Positions 1 through 12,146 of a stretch of DNA of 64,000 nucleotides are shown in pieces. Source of the DNA: Naegleria gruberi. Lineage: Eukaryota. Where the stretch lies: assembly GCA_000004985.1 (NCBI GenBank), contig GG738881.1. One strand, written 5' to 3'. The notes below the pieces were generated by a model that made no database searches, had not been told where the DNA came from, and worked only from the letters and a program-made list of their open reading frames with translations. Position numbers and translations under genes: made by a program. Each line of letters starts with the position of its first letter. Positions within the stretch are counted from its first letter, which is position 1.

Positions 1-708
1 TTCATTAACGAAGATGGTGAAGTGTATGGATGTGGAGCTAACTTCTCCGGCCAACTTGGTCTAACCCACAGCAAAGATATGTATATTCCAGAAAATTGTG
101 AATTCTTCTCAAAGAAAAATAATAGGGTTGCCGTAGCAGGCAGTTGTGGAGAATGTCACACAGCTGTATTGACCTCAGCTGGCGAAATTTATGTGTCAGG
201 AGATTCCAAGAGAACTCACACTAATTATTTTACATTCTTTGCCTCGGATGCCATTGGAGTATTTTGTGGACGTTTTCACACAATTATTCAAATCACTGAA
301 AGAATGCTCAGGGTTTCTGGAAATAACAAGTACAAACAGTTGAGCATTCCACACAAGTCAACAGAAGAATCCTTTGCAAAAGTAATGATTGGAGAGCAAA
401 AAGACAAAATTACAAACATTTCAACAAGTGAATATCACACCATATTCATTTTAAATGATTGTGAGGTGCATTCATGTGGTACAAACAGATCCTACGTTTT
501 AGGAACCAACATATTTAGCAATGACACTACATGTGATCGTGTCGTTCCAATCAAATCCTTTCCTCCAAAGAAGGGTTACTCTCTCAAATGCTCCTCCAAT
601 GTAGAAAGCAATGTATTTTATTGGACGAAGGAATTTTCCAATATTCAAAAACATTTTGTATTCAGTTTTGATAGATTAATCTCATTTGCTGACATAACAA
701 TTTCTTAA
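1..708 (+). CDS. RCC1-repeat (regulator of chromosome condensation-like) protein, 3' part. The reading frame is open from base 1, so the CDS begins upstream of the window.
   Basis: In-frame translation from position 1 reads FINEDGEVYGCGANFSGQLGL...SCGECHTAVLTSAGEIYVSGDS...FHTIIQITERMLRVSGNNKYKQLS...HSCGTNRSYVLG. These are repeated hydrophobic-G-x-N-x-xGQLG blade motifs typical of RCC1 repeats. Stop at 706-708. Confidence 0.6.
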   Translation, partial: FINEDGEVYGCGANFSGQLGLTHSKDMYIPENCEFFSKKNNRVAVAGSCGECHTAVLTSAGEIYVSGDSKRTHTNYFTFFASDAIGVFCGRFHTIIQITERMLRVSGNNKYKQLSIPHKSTEESFAKVMIGEQKDKITNISTSEYHTIFILNDCEVHSCGTNRSYVLGTNIFSNDTTCDRVVPIKSFPPKKGYSLKCSSNVESNVFYWTKEFSNIQKHFVFSFDRLISFADITIS

Positions 709-1011
709 ATTTGAAATTGATTACTACATTCAAGTCTAACTCCATTTAATCAAACTTGTATTGAGAAATACCCAACTATTTAATATTAATTGATTTATAA
801 CATTCACCAATTGTATTTCATAAATCTGAAGTGATTTTTGGTGTTGCCATATTACAACGAATTACAAAGTTCATTACCAAACCAAAAAAATGCCAATAAG
901 TTCATTATCAATCCTGCCCTGAATTGTGGAGTATTGTCTACACGTTTCTAGAACCATCGGATCGATCACTATTTGAAAGAGTGAATCTCTTATTTCGAAG
1001 TATGTCTCGAT

Positions 1012-2526
1012 GTGGAAAGGAGAGAAATCAGAGAAATATTTCAACTCCACAACAAGTATCTGTTGCATCCATTACACGAAGAACCTGTAGCAGAGGAAAA
1101 AATTCAACTTGTTGAAGGGAAGCTTGGACAAAAGATACCTTTTTATTTGAGAGAGTTTATTAAATTATCGGATGGTAGAACTAATGATGACGGAAATGGT
1201 GACACTTCAAATGATATTTCTTCATTACATTGGAATAATTTCTTGAATAGATTTGATGAATGGAAAATAGGGGAGAGAGGATTGATACTTGCTTCTAAGC
1301 AATATGCAAACTTGTGGATTGACTGGGAAAATGGAAAATTGAGTCTTGATTCTGCAAATTCATGGAATGAAGGACCATTTACTATTATGAACTGGTTAAA
1401 GATGCCATCTGATACGATTAATCCATTTGATATGAACAATTTATGTAATGAATCGAATAGAATGGATTTGAAAACAATTTTAAGAGGTTACGGCTCTCTA
1501 TTTGAATTATTACCAGAAAATCTTCGAAATGACAGAGATATTGTTAAATCTGCTTTGGTTTCTTCTGGTTTAGCCTTTAATTTTGTGAGCAAAGAGATTG
1601 CAGAGGACCGTGAGATGGTAGAATGGTATTTCGAAAATGGAAACACTGATTTTAGATATATTTCTGATAAATTTAGAAAGGACAAGGGAATGATAATGAA
1701 ATATTCCACTAAGTGGTCAGATGCTGATATATCCCTTTTACAAGACAAGGAAGTGGCAATGCATTACTGTAGAAAGAATCAAATTCCAAATTAAATTATA
1801 TGTGAGGACCTGATTATTGAAGCTGCCAAATACGGACAAGAAAATTACTTTACAAAAGATCTATTTAGTAATGAACTTGTTTTCAAGCTACTCGATTATA
1901 TAATCCCAAAAGAAAGAGGAAACTTTTCGAGAGTTATTAAGGAAAATGAGCAAAAACTAGACGAAAAAGTATTGAAAAGAATTGCAGAATTGAATCCAAT
2001 CTTTGCCCTGCACAATCTGTCCCACGATGATGATGACGATGATATAATTCTAACAAAAGATCGTGTACTGACCTATATTAATGAAATTGAGGATGAAACT
2101 GTAAAAATTGACAGCTTACCATACAAATGGAGAAGAGACAGAGACGTGGCAAAAGCAGCCCTTTTACGAAACTTTGGAAATTATAATTATCTCGATCAAG
2201 AATTAATGACAGATGCAGAGTTTTTAAACCCAATACTCGAGATTTCAAAAGTCCCAATTTACCTTCTATTCACGCGCGATAGTCAATTTGCAAAGTTTAT
2301 CTGTTCCAATAAGGAATGTTTAAGGAAAATGTTAAAACGAAACCCTTCATTGCTCTGTTATGTTCCATGTGAGTTGGATGAGGAATTTGTTAATTCATTG
2401 GATTTTTATTCGTGTAATAGTACCATTGCTGAAATACTTTACAATTCCAAGTATGAAATTTATTGTAAAGTAGTGAAAAGGTTAAACTGTGCGAGAACGA
2501 ATCTTGACGAAAGGGGTTTAAATTAA
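1012..2526 (+). CDS. Protein with an N-terminal SMI1/KNR4 (SUKH)-like segment and C-terminal DUF4116-like repeats. One continuous frame 1012..2526 is interrupted by a single in-frame TAA at 1792-1794, so it is either a pseudogene, a sequence error, or two adjacent genes.
   Basis: ORFs 1012..1794, 1795..1971 (no Met, but coding-like: IICEDLIIEAAKYGQENYFTKDLFSNELVFKLL...) and 1972..2526 are all in frame 1. N-terminal region (IQLVEGKLGQKIPFYLREFIKLSDG) resembles SMI1/KNR4. Later segments (DRDIVKSALVSSGLAFNFVSKEIAEDREMVEWYF; WRRDRDVAKAALLRNFGNYNYLDQELMTDAEF) look like DUF4116 repeats. Confidence 0.5.
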
Positions 2527-2692
2527 TGGAAACTAAACAAGGACAATTCGAAACACAACATGTTATTATCATGTATTATAAATACATCAGCGTGCTACAT
2601 CCAGATCAAGGGAGATTATACCTTCCATCTAATGACTTACCATAAAAGAAACAAATTAAATTTCGTTTAGGATAACAAAGTTTCCTTAAAAA

Positions 2693-5231
2693 ATGTCATC
2701 TTTACACCATCAATCCCCAGCTCAAGACGATAACTCTGCTCATAATCGAATAAATGTCTTGTTTGACACTTCTCTCGTAGTGTTTAATCACAACGAAGAT
2801 ACAGTAGACGAAACATCGGAAGAAATTAATATTTTCTTATGGATAAAGACGAAACTTCTCTCCACCATCCGAATGATAGTTTTCGACTATCAAGACAAGG
2901 AAAGATTAGAATTATTCAATAACAGACAAGAAATGCTCTCCAAACGTTTACCACTTTCAGGAATTTTTCATTTAATAATTCTCATTCTCCTGTCAATGAT
3001 AATCGAAAGGTCTGAAGGAGAAGAATCCATTTACTTGTTTCTTATATTGACTGTCATTGAATTCTTTGGAAATATTGGAGTAATTGTCTTGATTTTGAAA
3101 ATGGAATTGCCAATTCTTAATACGGAAATTTGTAATTATTGTAGATTAGTTGCAACTTGTATGATTCGATTGATTTTACAGATTTATTATGGACCATTGT
3201 TTCCTGTGTGGATTTTACAGGTTTATTCAATGATTATTGTGTTGAATGCTTATTATTTCAATAGGGGACCAGCTGTGATTAATTGTTTGATTGTTATTGT
3301 GTTGGGAGCTGTTTCGACTGTACTGAGTCATGTTATTCATTTCGAATATTTTGGAGATAGTTCAATAGAATTTGGACATGAAAGAGTTTGTCATCCGTGT
3401 CGACATTTTGAATATATTCATGAGAGCCAAGTTTCCAATCTTATTAAGGTCATTACATTGCAATCAGTTCTTTGTGGAATAGGTCTCTTATTTTCAGATG
3501 TTTCCATGGAACAGGATGAGAGAAATATTTCACAACAAGTAGAAATTGTCAAGGGAAGAATTTTGAATGAGGAAAAGACCAAATTTATTGGCCATTTGAG
3601 TCATGAAACAAGAAATCCACTCATGGGAAGTATGTTTTTAAATTGAATCGAATATATTTAATTAGCAATAATGATTAGTTATGGGAGCTGCTCAAATTCT
3701 GAAATTTGATTTGGAACAGCAAATGAAACGGAAGAATGTTGCTCTGCAGCATAAATCAATTGTTGAGAAAGTGGATGATATTTACAATAGCTCTGTATTG
3801 TTGTTGCAAATATTGTCAACTTCATTGCAGATTAGTTCTTCAGAGATGGGTGGAGTTCACTTGCAGGGAAGTGAATTTAACATGTTGGAGCTGGTAGAAA
3901 CGATTTGCTCAGTGTTTAGTTCAATTGCTGTGGATAGAGGCATTTCTTTGCAATCTTTTATTGATATTGTGAATATTCCAGATATGATTTATGGAGATAA
4001 TACAAGAGTTTCACAAATATTGATGAATTTTGTTTCGAATAGTTTGAAATATACTCCTAATAAGGGGTCAGTTACTGTAAAATGCACTGTTTCAACTCAA
4101 GAAGAGTTGAACGAGTTTAGAATTGATAAGAAGAAAACTAGTGAACTCATGATGTGTTATCCTGCCGAAAAGTTAGATGTGAATGATTTGATATTTATAA
4201 CCTTTACATGTGCTGATAGTGGATGTGGAATGAATTCCAATCAAATTATCAACCTTTTTTCGAGTAATCAACAGGCCAATCCTTCCATGAGGCCTACTTC
4301 TAGGGCTAGACGAACAGGAAATGATCAATTTATTGAGAGTCATGGGTTTGGATTGAAAATCTCAAAGCATTTGATTGATTTAATGAATGGTAAGATTCAT
4401 ATTAGTAGTGAAATCGGAAAGGGGACAACTATTAAGATTATCATTCCTTTCTTCAAACAGGATAAGAAAGGTATGATTCTCGAGGAACAAATTGAACAAT
4501 TGAGAAATATTTCAAAAGAGAAGGAACTATCCCAAGTTACTGTATCTTTGCTGGATCAAAATAGGATATTAATTAAATATTTGGAATATCTACTTCCAAA
4601 TAATGTAATGATAATCGAGTCAGATGTTGAAAGGGAAGAATCTATGCAAGTGAAAACGATTGATAGAAATTGCTCAGTTTCTCTATTGTCAAAAGGTGAC
4701 ACTACCTCATTGAATTATGAAACTCTATTCCTAGCAAGACCTTTCAAGGTGAAAGATATAATTTCAGTATTGATTGAAAGCATGGCTGGAGATTTTGAAA
4801 TCAACAGTTCAGAAACAGGTTCAGAAATTACAAAGATTCGATCGAGTCGTTCTCTTGACTCATTCACATGCAATATTCTTGTGGTGGATGATAATTCAAT
4901 TAATAGAAAGGTTGTGCACAGATTGTTACAAATTATTGGATATGAGAACATTGATTTTGCTGTGGATGGTCTGCAAGCATTCGAGAAGTTCAAATTGTCC
5001 AACTTCCAGTTTGTATTGATGGATCTAGAAATGCCCAACATGAATGGAAAGGAATCTTGCGAATTAATGAGAAAGTTTGAAATGGAAACCAAACGAAATA
5101 GGGCTGAAATTTTTGCAGTAACTGGAGACATGACACAATCTATGGCAACTTGTGCTGATTTTGATAATATTCTATTCAAGCCAATTTCCAAAGATTCCCT
5201 CAGTTTGACTCTCAATAAGAACACTGACTAA
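2693..5231 (+). CDS. Membrane-bound hybrid histidine kinase (HisKA + HATPase_c + receiver). Two exons joined by an intron at about 3630..3678.
   Basis: Exon 1 has a multi-TM N-terminus and the H-box FIGHLSHETRNPLMG. Donor G|GTATGT at 3630 and acceptor TTAG at 3677-78 restore the frame (...NPLMG-I-MGAAQIL...). Exon 2 carries the N-box ILMNFVSNSLKYT, G1 DSGCGM, G2 GFGLKISKHLIDLMNGKIHISSEIGKGTTIKI, and a C-terminal receiver (ILVVDDNSINRKV...FVLMDLEMPNMNGKE...). Confidence 0.85.
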
Positions 5232-5250
5232 TTTATGTACATATTGAGGT

Positions 5251-7450
5251 TTATTCATCGTGATGGAAAAAGTCATCATCAAATTCGGTGGCGCCAAAAA
5301 CGTCTCTATCAGAATCTGGGAACTCGAAAACATTATCAATATTTGGAGTTTCTGATAATTGGTTTTGGGTATTGCTGTTACTATTTGTAACACTTGGTGT
5401 ATTGGAATCGAGAATTGTTGGTGTTGAAGTTCCTGTTGCTGAATTATTGGTAACTGGAGTACTATTTGAGATTTGTCTATTCATGTCAGTATTATTAACG
5501 TTCATACTATTTGATGTGGTTGATTGCTCATCGTTCAATAAAGATCGTAACTTTTCTTCCACATCTCTACCAACTTTAACTAGAGGGGATTTCAGGAAAT
5601 TTTGAATGGTTTGTTTGGCTTGAGGGGTGGTTGTGGAAACTGGTGCTGGAGAACTCAGCAAATGAGTTATCATTTGAGAAATTTCAGTTCCAGCAGGTCC
5701 ATTAGTGTTAAACATGTTAGGCATATTGGAGTTTGAATCAGTTTCATTTCCAAGTCCAAGATTAACATTCATTTGTTGTTGCTTTTGTGGAGAGAGTGTA
5801 TTAGTACTGTTAAAGTTTGTTTGTTGTGGGTTTGTTGGTTGTTGTTGTTGTTGTCTGTACATGTTTTGTTGTTGTTGAGCAAAATTCAACACTGCATTAT
5901 TATTCATATTTTGTGGAATCATACCATTATTGGTTTGTTGAAAATTATTGATTCCAAGTACTGCTGCATTTTGAAGGTTAATACCAAAATTACCAGCGCC
6001 ATTAACGCCTGGATACACAAATGCTCCATTGTTTGTACTCATACCATTATTGACTTGAATGGTATTTGGTTGATTTGGAATCATTGTGAATGCATTTTGA
6101 CTGGTAACTGGTGAAGATGCAGAATTGTAAGGTGATTGAATATTTCCAGACATAATGCCAATACCTCCCATTGGTTGTTGTACACTAATCATTGAACCAC
6201 CTGTTGGTGTGGATGGCATTTGATTAACAGTGTTATTTTGAACAAGTAAACCTTGTTGTTGCATCATGCTTGCTTGTTCTTTAACCAGTTGATTGAATTG
6301 TGAAATTTGTTCCTTGATCAATAACCTAGTATTGTAAGCTTTGAAAAATTCAGGATTTTGTTGTTCTAATTTGCACCACATCAAGTTAATAAAGGCTCGT
6401 TCAATATTCTCGTATTTCTTACATAAAAAATCCATTGTCTCTTCTTTTGAAAGATAAAGCTTTAGGCATTGCTCAATCAATTGTTGTACCAATTTGATTT
6501 GCTCAACAGAGAATCTTCTCATTCCGTTGGCAGACATACCTGATTGTGTATTTGTTGTTGTATTGGTATTTGATGACAAAACTCCTCCACTATTATTACT
6601 AAGAGGTGTAGTTGATCGTTGCTGTGCTGACATGGTAATTGTATTTGGAACAGTACCACCAGTCATTTGACTCATAGGAGTTGATGGATTTCCCATGTTT
6701 GTCATATTATTCATGTTATTCATAGCATTTACATTGGACATATTCATATTGGCCATGTTTGTCATATTCATGTTATTAATATTCATCGTGTTGGCATCCA
6801 TACCATTGGTAAAACCTCCCATCATTTGTTGTTCGTTGCTAATCATACCATTACCATTAGTTTGTTGCACAATGGTTGTATTATTTGGCATTACTTGCTT
6901 TCCAGGATTTCTTAGATTATTATTGTTGTTTGGGGTGGTTAGTTGTTGTTGTAGGAATTGTAATAAATAGTTACTAGGGTCATTATTATTGTTCATGTTT
7001 TGCATTGGTATATTATTGTTTTGTACGTTCATGTTCATATTCATATTCATAGCTTGGCCATTGGCATTGTTGAGAGGTGTTTGTCCGTTCATCAAGTTAT
7101 TATTATTATTTTGATTCATAGGTTGCTATTGTTATTTTGTTGTTTTACAGTGGTTGGATGATGACATAGTCCACCAAGGAGATGAAATAGATTAATAAAT
7201 GTTAAATAACACTATTACTATTTGAAATACTTACTTGAAGAGCCCTGAACGTGTTGAAGAGTTGTTGGTTGTTTGCCATATTGTTCATGTTATTTGGCAT
7301 TGGATTTGCAACAACTGCTGGATTCATACCCATTTGCATATTTCTATTAACATTGTTGTTATTATTCATGAATGCATTGAAAAGGTGTTGTTGTTGTGGA
7401 TTGAGAACATTGACAATATCGTTGATTGCTTGTGGTGGAATATTACTCAT
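5251..7450 (-). CDS. Q/N-rich protein with a short conserved helical segment, probably a nuclear or transcriptional regulator. Two exons (7450..~7246 and ~7121..5251).
   Basis: Exon 1 ORF (7450..7202) ends ...FRALQ followed by GTAAGT. Acceptor ..caatag upstream of ATGAATCAAAAT at ~7122. Main ORF has long N/Q/M/T tracts and a non-repetitive block FSVEQIKLVQQLIEQCLKLYLSKEETMDFLCKKYENIERAFINLMWCKLEQQNPEFFKAYNTRLLIKEQ. Confidence 0.55.
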
Positions 7451-9004
7451 TGTGTGTTGATCGTAGATTGTTGAGGGAAAGGAAGTGTCGAATTCAGCTA
7501 TATATGAATAGTCGTTGTAGCAGTATGGGAGTTAATAATTGGATGAATTATTAGAGTAGTGGCAAGGGAATAAAGTGATGATGGAAGTTAATGGTATTTA
7601 AAAACTAATGGAACTGCACTGTCAAAAGGAATAATAATTATTACTAATCAATTTGTTGTTGATGTTGTATGTATAACAGGTAGATGGAAGAGAAAAAGAG
7701 CTGTTTGGTGATGACTTGTATTTGTCAGTTTAAAACAGCAGGGTAATTTTACTACTACAACAAAGGCGAAAGGGATGACGATATCAAATATATATCTATT
7801 GCTACTGCTTCTACAAAACACTAATGATGACAATGTTCACTCTAGATTCTCTGAATACAGTCCAAATCAACTATGATAACGGCGCGGTGAGTAGTTTACT
7901 TGTTGTGATGACGAATGGTTGGTTGCTTTTCGCTGCCTTTCACCCGCTGCTGTTGTTGAAGTGGGGTAGTGTGATTTTTTTTTGTAACCTTGTTGGAACA
8001 AGTTTATCATCTTGCTTCAAAAAGGCAACATAAATAGTATTAAAAATTGCTTACTTGATATTGAAAATATCATCATCTTTCATAGGCTTAGAGAGATTTT
8101 CAAGCTATTTGTCTAAGAGAACTTTTCATCTAGTATTTGTGTCTGATGAGGATTTTGGCCTTATTCGTTTGCTGATAGTTTTTTTGGCGCACTTCAGATT
8201 GTATTAAAATAGGTAAAGACAACAATCATCATCAGCTGGAACAATTGAAAAAACGCTGCAACTTCTTCTTGAGCCTTAGCTGTTCGCGAGTTTGTTGTTT
8301 CAAAGCACGATCTTGTGGCGAGGATTATTAGATGAACAGTTTCTTGGAGCGAAGAAGTTGTGATAAGATCGGAAATGATGAGAATGGGGCAAAATAAACT
8401 ATTGATTGGTTTGATTGGTAATTAATCATTTAAGGTGAGTGAATATGTAGGAGTTGTACCTAAGAAATATTATAATGTTATCTTGATTTTTGTTTTAAAA
8501 AGATGATTTATTAATTACACAAGTTGTTGAATTATGTTCAACTTTATTGAAGGGGTTGTTCGAAAAGCATACACGTTGCACTCCAGTTCTTTAATCTACT
8601 CCCATGTGCCAAATCTCAACCTGTTTGCTCATCCTCAAATAATCTCTCTTTAGTACAATTAAGGAGTTAAACAATTAATCCAGAATACTAATTTACTGTG
8701 TGCCTAAACTTTACACAACAAACATCACTTTAAAATCCATTAGATTTTATCAAGATCTCCTTGAGTGTGTAACCATTTACACAACCAAATTCAAACCAAA
8801 GTGCTTTACTGCTCCTATTTCTTTGAAATTGTTTCCAAACGAGCTTAGGTTTCTTGCAGAATCCTTAACCGGAGTTCAAGCTCCATCTCCGCATTAGCAC
8901 GGCTCGCTAATTTCACTTGTTTAGATTTTGCTTTAAAACTGTTTGATTGGTGGAAAATCTTCTCAAAAACAACAAGAAAAAAATACTCCACACATCAAAT
9001 AATC

Positions 9005-11546
9005 ATGTCAACTATCTCCGTATCACCTTCTGGTAATCCACAGTTTAATGTTGATCTTTGGAAAAACCGTTTAAATACTCACATGCAATTTTTGATCGCT
9101 ATTGGTCAACAAGTTGACTTGTACTTTGCACCAGACAAATTGCAAGACATGGTTAAATTGTACAACATGATGATTCCTCTCGTTTCCAAACATGGATCAC
9201 AAAATGTTTGGCTTCCAGAGTGTGTACAGTGGATTTTCCATTGCCACTTGTTGCATCCTATCGATTTCATGAAGGATTGCGAGTCAAACTTTGGACATTT
9301 GATTTTGTACAATACTCAAGCTCACATGTTAAATTCTGAACAAACAATGAAATGGTTTGAAGAGATGCACCAAGTCAATTTTGAAAATTGTTTGGATCAT
9401 TATGATGAATTGATTGCAAGAGAGAATTCAACTGTTTTCAAGCCATCAAGAGATTTGATTAAGGCTGCTCTCAACCAAAAGACTTTTACCACTCAATGTA
9501 AGCAAGTTTTTGGTGAATCTATTGAAAGCTCCACCCAAATTCAATACATGCTCGACAAGTACTTCAAGTTTATTGTGGCTATCAAGTCAATCATGATTAA
9601 GAGTGATGAACAGAGCTCTGAATTGGAATTCATGTTGGTTCCTACATTGGAAATTGATTTGGTTTGGCATACCCATTTGAGATATCCATATGATTACTTG
9701 ACATTTGTTAAGGAACAAACTGGTTATTTATTGAACCACGAAGATGATTTGGATTCTTTGGATGAAGAATTTGAAATGACCAAAACTTTCTGGAAGAAAC
9801 AATTCAATGAAGATTACGTGAGAACTAACCAACCAGTTGAAAATTCCATGACCCAAAAGGGAGAATGTTGCAATGTTGCCAAGGAAAATATGAATATTGA
9901 AGTATTGTCAACTGAATCCATGACTCAAAAGGGTGATTGTTGTAACATTGCCAAGCAAAACTCCTCTCAACAAATCATTCCAGTAATGAATCAAAAGGGA
10001 GAATGTTGTAATTTAGCCAAACAAAATGTAAATATGCCAATTCTCCAACCATCAATGACTCAAAAAGGTGATTGTTGTAACATTGCTAAGGATAACATCA
10101 ACAGTGAAATTCCAACTCTTGCCATGAATCAAAAGGGAGAATGTTGCAATGTTGCCAAGCAAAACCTCAATGGTGAAGTGCTTCCACCTTCTATGAATCA
10201 AAAAGGAGAGTGTTGTAATGTTGCAAAGATGAATTTGAACGAACCAGTTCTTCAACCATCAATGACTCAAAAGGGAGAATGCTGTAACGTAGCCAAACAA
10301 AATATTGATAAAGAAGTCCTTCCAGTCGGTATGAATCAAAAGGGTGAATGTTGCAATGTAGCTAAACACAACCTTAATGAACCAGTTCTCCAACTTTCCA
10401 TGAATCAAAAGGGAGAGTGTTGTAATGTTGCCAAGAATAATCTTAATGGACCAGTTCTTCAACCATCAATGACCCAAAAGGGTGATTGTTGTAACATTGC
10501 CAAGGATAACGTTAATCGGGAAATTCCAACTCTTGGAATGAATCAAAAGGGAGAATGTTGCAATGTTGCCAAGATGAATTTGAACGAGCCAGTTCTCCAA
10601 CCTGCCATGACCCAAAAGGGTGATTGTTGCAACATTGCCAAACACAATGTTGATATGGAAATTCCAACTCTTGGAATGAATCAAAAAGGTGATTGTTGCA
10701 ATGTAGCCAAACAAAATATTGATAAGGAAGTTCTTCCAGTCGGTATGAATCAAAAGGGTGATTGTTGCAATATTGCCAAGGACAATATCAATCGTGAAAT
10801 TCCAATTCTTGGAATGAATCAAAAGGGAGAATGCTGCAATGTAGCTAAACACAATTTGAACGAACCAGTTCTCCAACTTTCCATGAATCAAAAGGGAGAG
10901 TGTTGTAATGTTGCCAAGACGAACTTTGAACGAGCCAGTTCTCCAACCTGCAATGACCCAAAAGGGAGATTGCTGCAACATTGCCAAACACAATGTTGAT
11001 ATGGAAATTCCATCTCTTGGAATGAATCAAAAAGGTGATTGTTGCAATGTAGCCAAACAAAATATTGATAAGGAAGTCCTTCCAGTTGGTATGAATCAAA
11101 AGGGTGAATGTTGCAATGTTGCCAAACACAACCTTAATGAACCAGTTCTCCAACTTTCTATGAATCAAAAAGGAGAGTGTTGTAATGTTGCAAAGATGAA
11201 TTTGAACGAACCAGTTCTTCAACCATCAATGACCCAAAAGGGTGATTGCTGTAATATTGCTAAGGATAACATTAACAGTGAAATTCCATCTCTTGGAATG
11301 AATCAAAAAGGTGATTGTTGCAATATTGCCAAGATGAATTTGAATGCTGACATTATTCCACTCATGATGACTCAAAAGGGTGATTGCTGTAATTTGGCCA
11401 AGCAAAATGAAATGTTGCCAATTCTCGATCTTGGAATGAATCAAAAAGGAGAATGTTGCAATTTGGCCAAACAAAACGCCACTTGTGTCCTTCTCAGAGT
11501 TGGTCATTTGGAAATTCCAATCCTCAAGCCAGCTTTTGCCTTTTAA
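9005..11546 (+). CDS. Protein with a unique ~275-aa N-terminal domain followed by ~26 tandem 21-aa repeats (consensus MNQKGECCNVAKQNLNEPVLQPS) each carrying a vicinal Cys-Cys. The frame shifts by +1 near 10924, so it is listed as ORF 9005..10999 plus ORF 10908..11546.
   Basis: N-terminal region has no repeats (..LVWHTHLRYPYDYLTFVKEQTGYLLNHEDD..). The repeats start at ~9842. Two subtypes alternate by context (MTQKGDCCNIAK after ..LQPS/A; MNQKGECCNVAK after ..TLG/PVG/LQLS). Variability is concentrated in repeat residues 13-21. The C-terminus after the array is ..LRVGHLEIPILKPAFAF. Minus-strand ORFs 10052..11507 are antisense artefacts of the same repeats. Confidence 0.65.
9842..11480. repeat. 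Tandem array with a 63-bp period, about 26 copies, highly homogenised. It contains a near-identical internal block duplication (~10571..10918 vs ~10921..11215).
   Basis: Recurrent units atgaatcaaaagggagaatgttgcaatgttgccaag... are visible directly in the sequence. The two blocks differ by a few substitutions and one indel. Confidence 0.85.
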
Positions 11547-12146
11547 TTCTTAATAAACATTAAACCTATTTTGTGGCTTTCTTTATTGGGTTTTAGTTAT
11601 TGATAAAATCAATTTTGTAAACCATGTGGAGCCACGTGGAAGCAACGAAAGAGAAAGTTGGATGATGGCACTTCAACCAAGTCTGGAAATTCAGCTGCCT
11701 ATGTCCATTAACTTCATTCCAATTATTGCATTTAACAAATCAAATTGTTTGCTTAATAAATCTATAAAACGGCAGTTGGATATTAAAGAGATAAAACGTT
11801 GATGATCCATTCTACAGAATTTAATAATTGCCTTAATAGTAGCATTCCATCATCAAACCTTGAGCTTCAATCCACAATGAAACTTTCAATTCTTCCTTCC
11901 ACACACTCTCAATATTTTCTGCTCGTTCGGACCTTTTTAACAAATTAATAAATTCATCCATCAAAAAAAAATCCAAAACTTGCGCTTCGCATTCATTCAC
12001 CACTTGCTTTTTTTTTTCTGAAATTTAAAGTGACGGTTGGAGAAGGTTACAAGGGCCTTGCAATTTTAAAGTTCAGATAATCTTCTGTAATAGAAGTAAT
12101 TATTGTAGATTATTGATTTTTTATTGAAGAAGAATAAGGAGATCAA

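Noticed and set aside
4715-5224. 169-aa minus-strand ORF antisense to the histidine-kinase receiver domain
   Set aside because: It fully overlaps a well-supported plus-strand exon and has no recognisable features.
7500-9000. 1.5-kb region without long ORFs upstream of the repeat gene, checked for ncRNA or tRNA
   Set aside because: I saw no tRNA-like cloverleaf or B-box (GGTTCGANTCC-type) sequences and no rRNA-like conservation. It is most simply an intergenic promoter region.
10052-11507. Series of minus-strand ORFs (67-175 aa, ..LLIHSK.WNF..) across the tandem array
   Set aside because: They are antisense frames of the 63-bp repeats, periodic and mutually overlapping, with no independent start or stop logic. 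They are artefacts of the plus-strand repeat gene.
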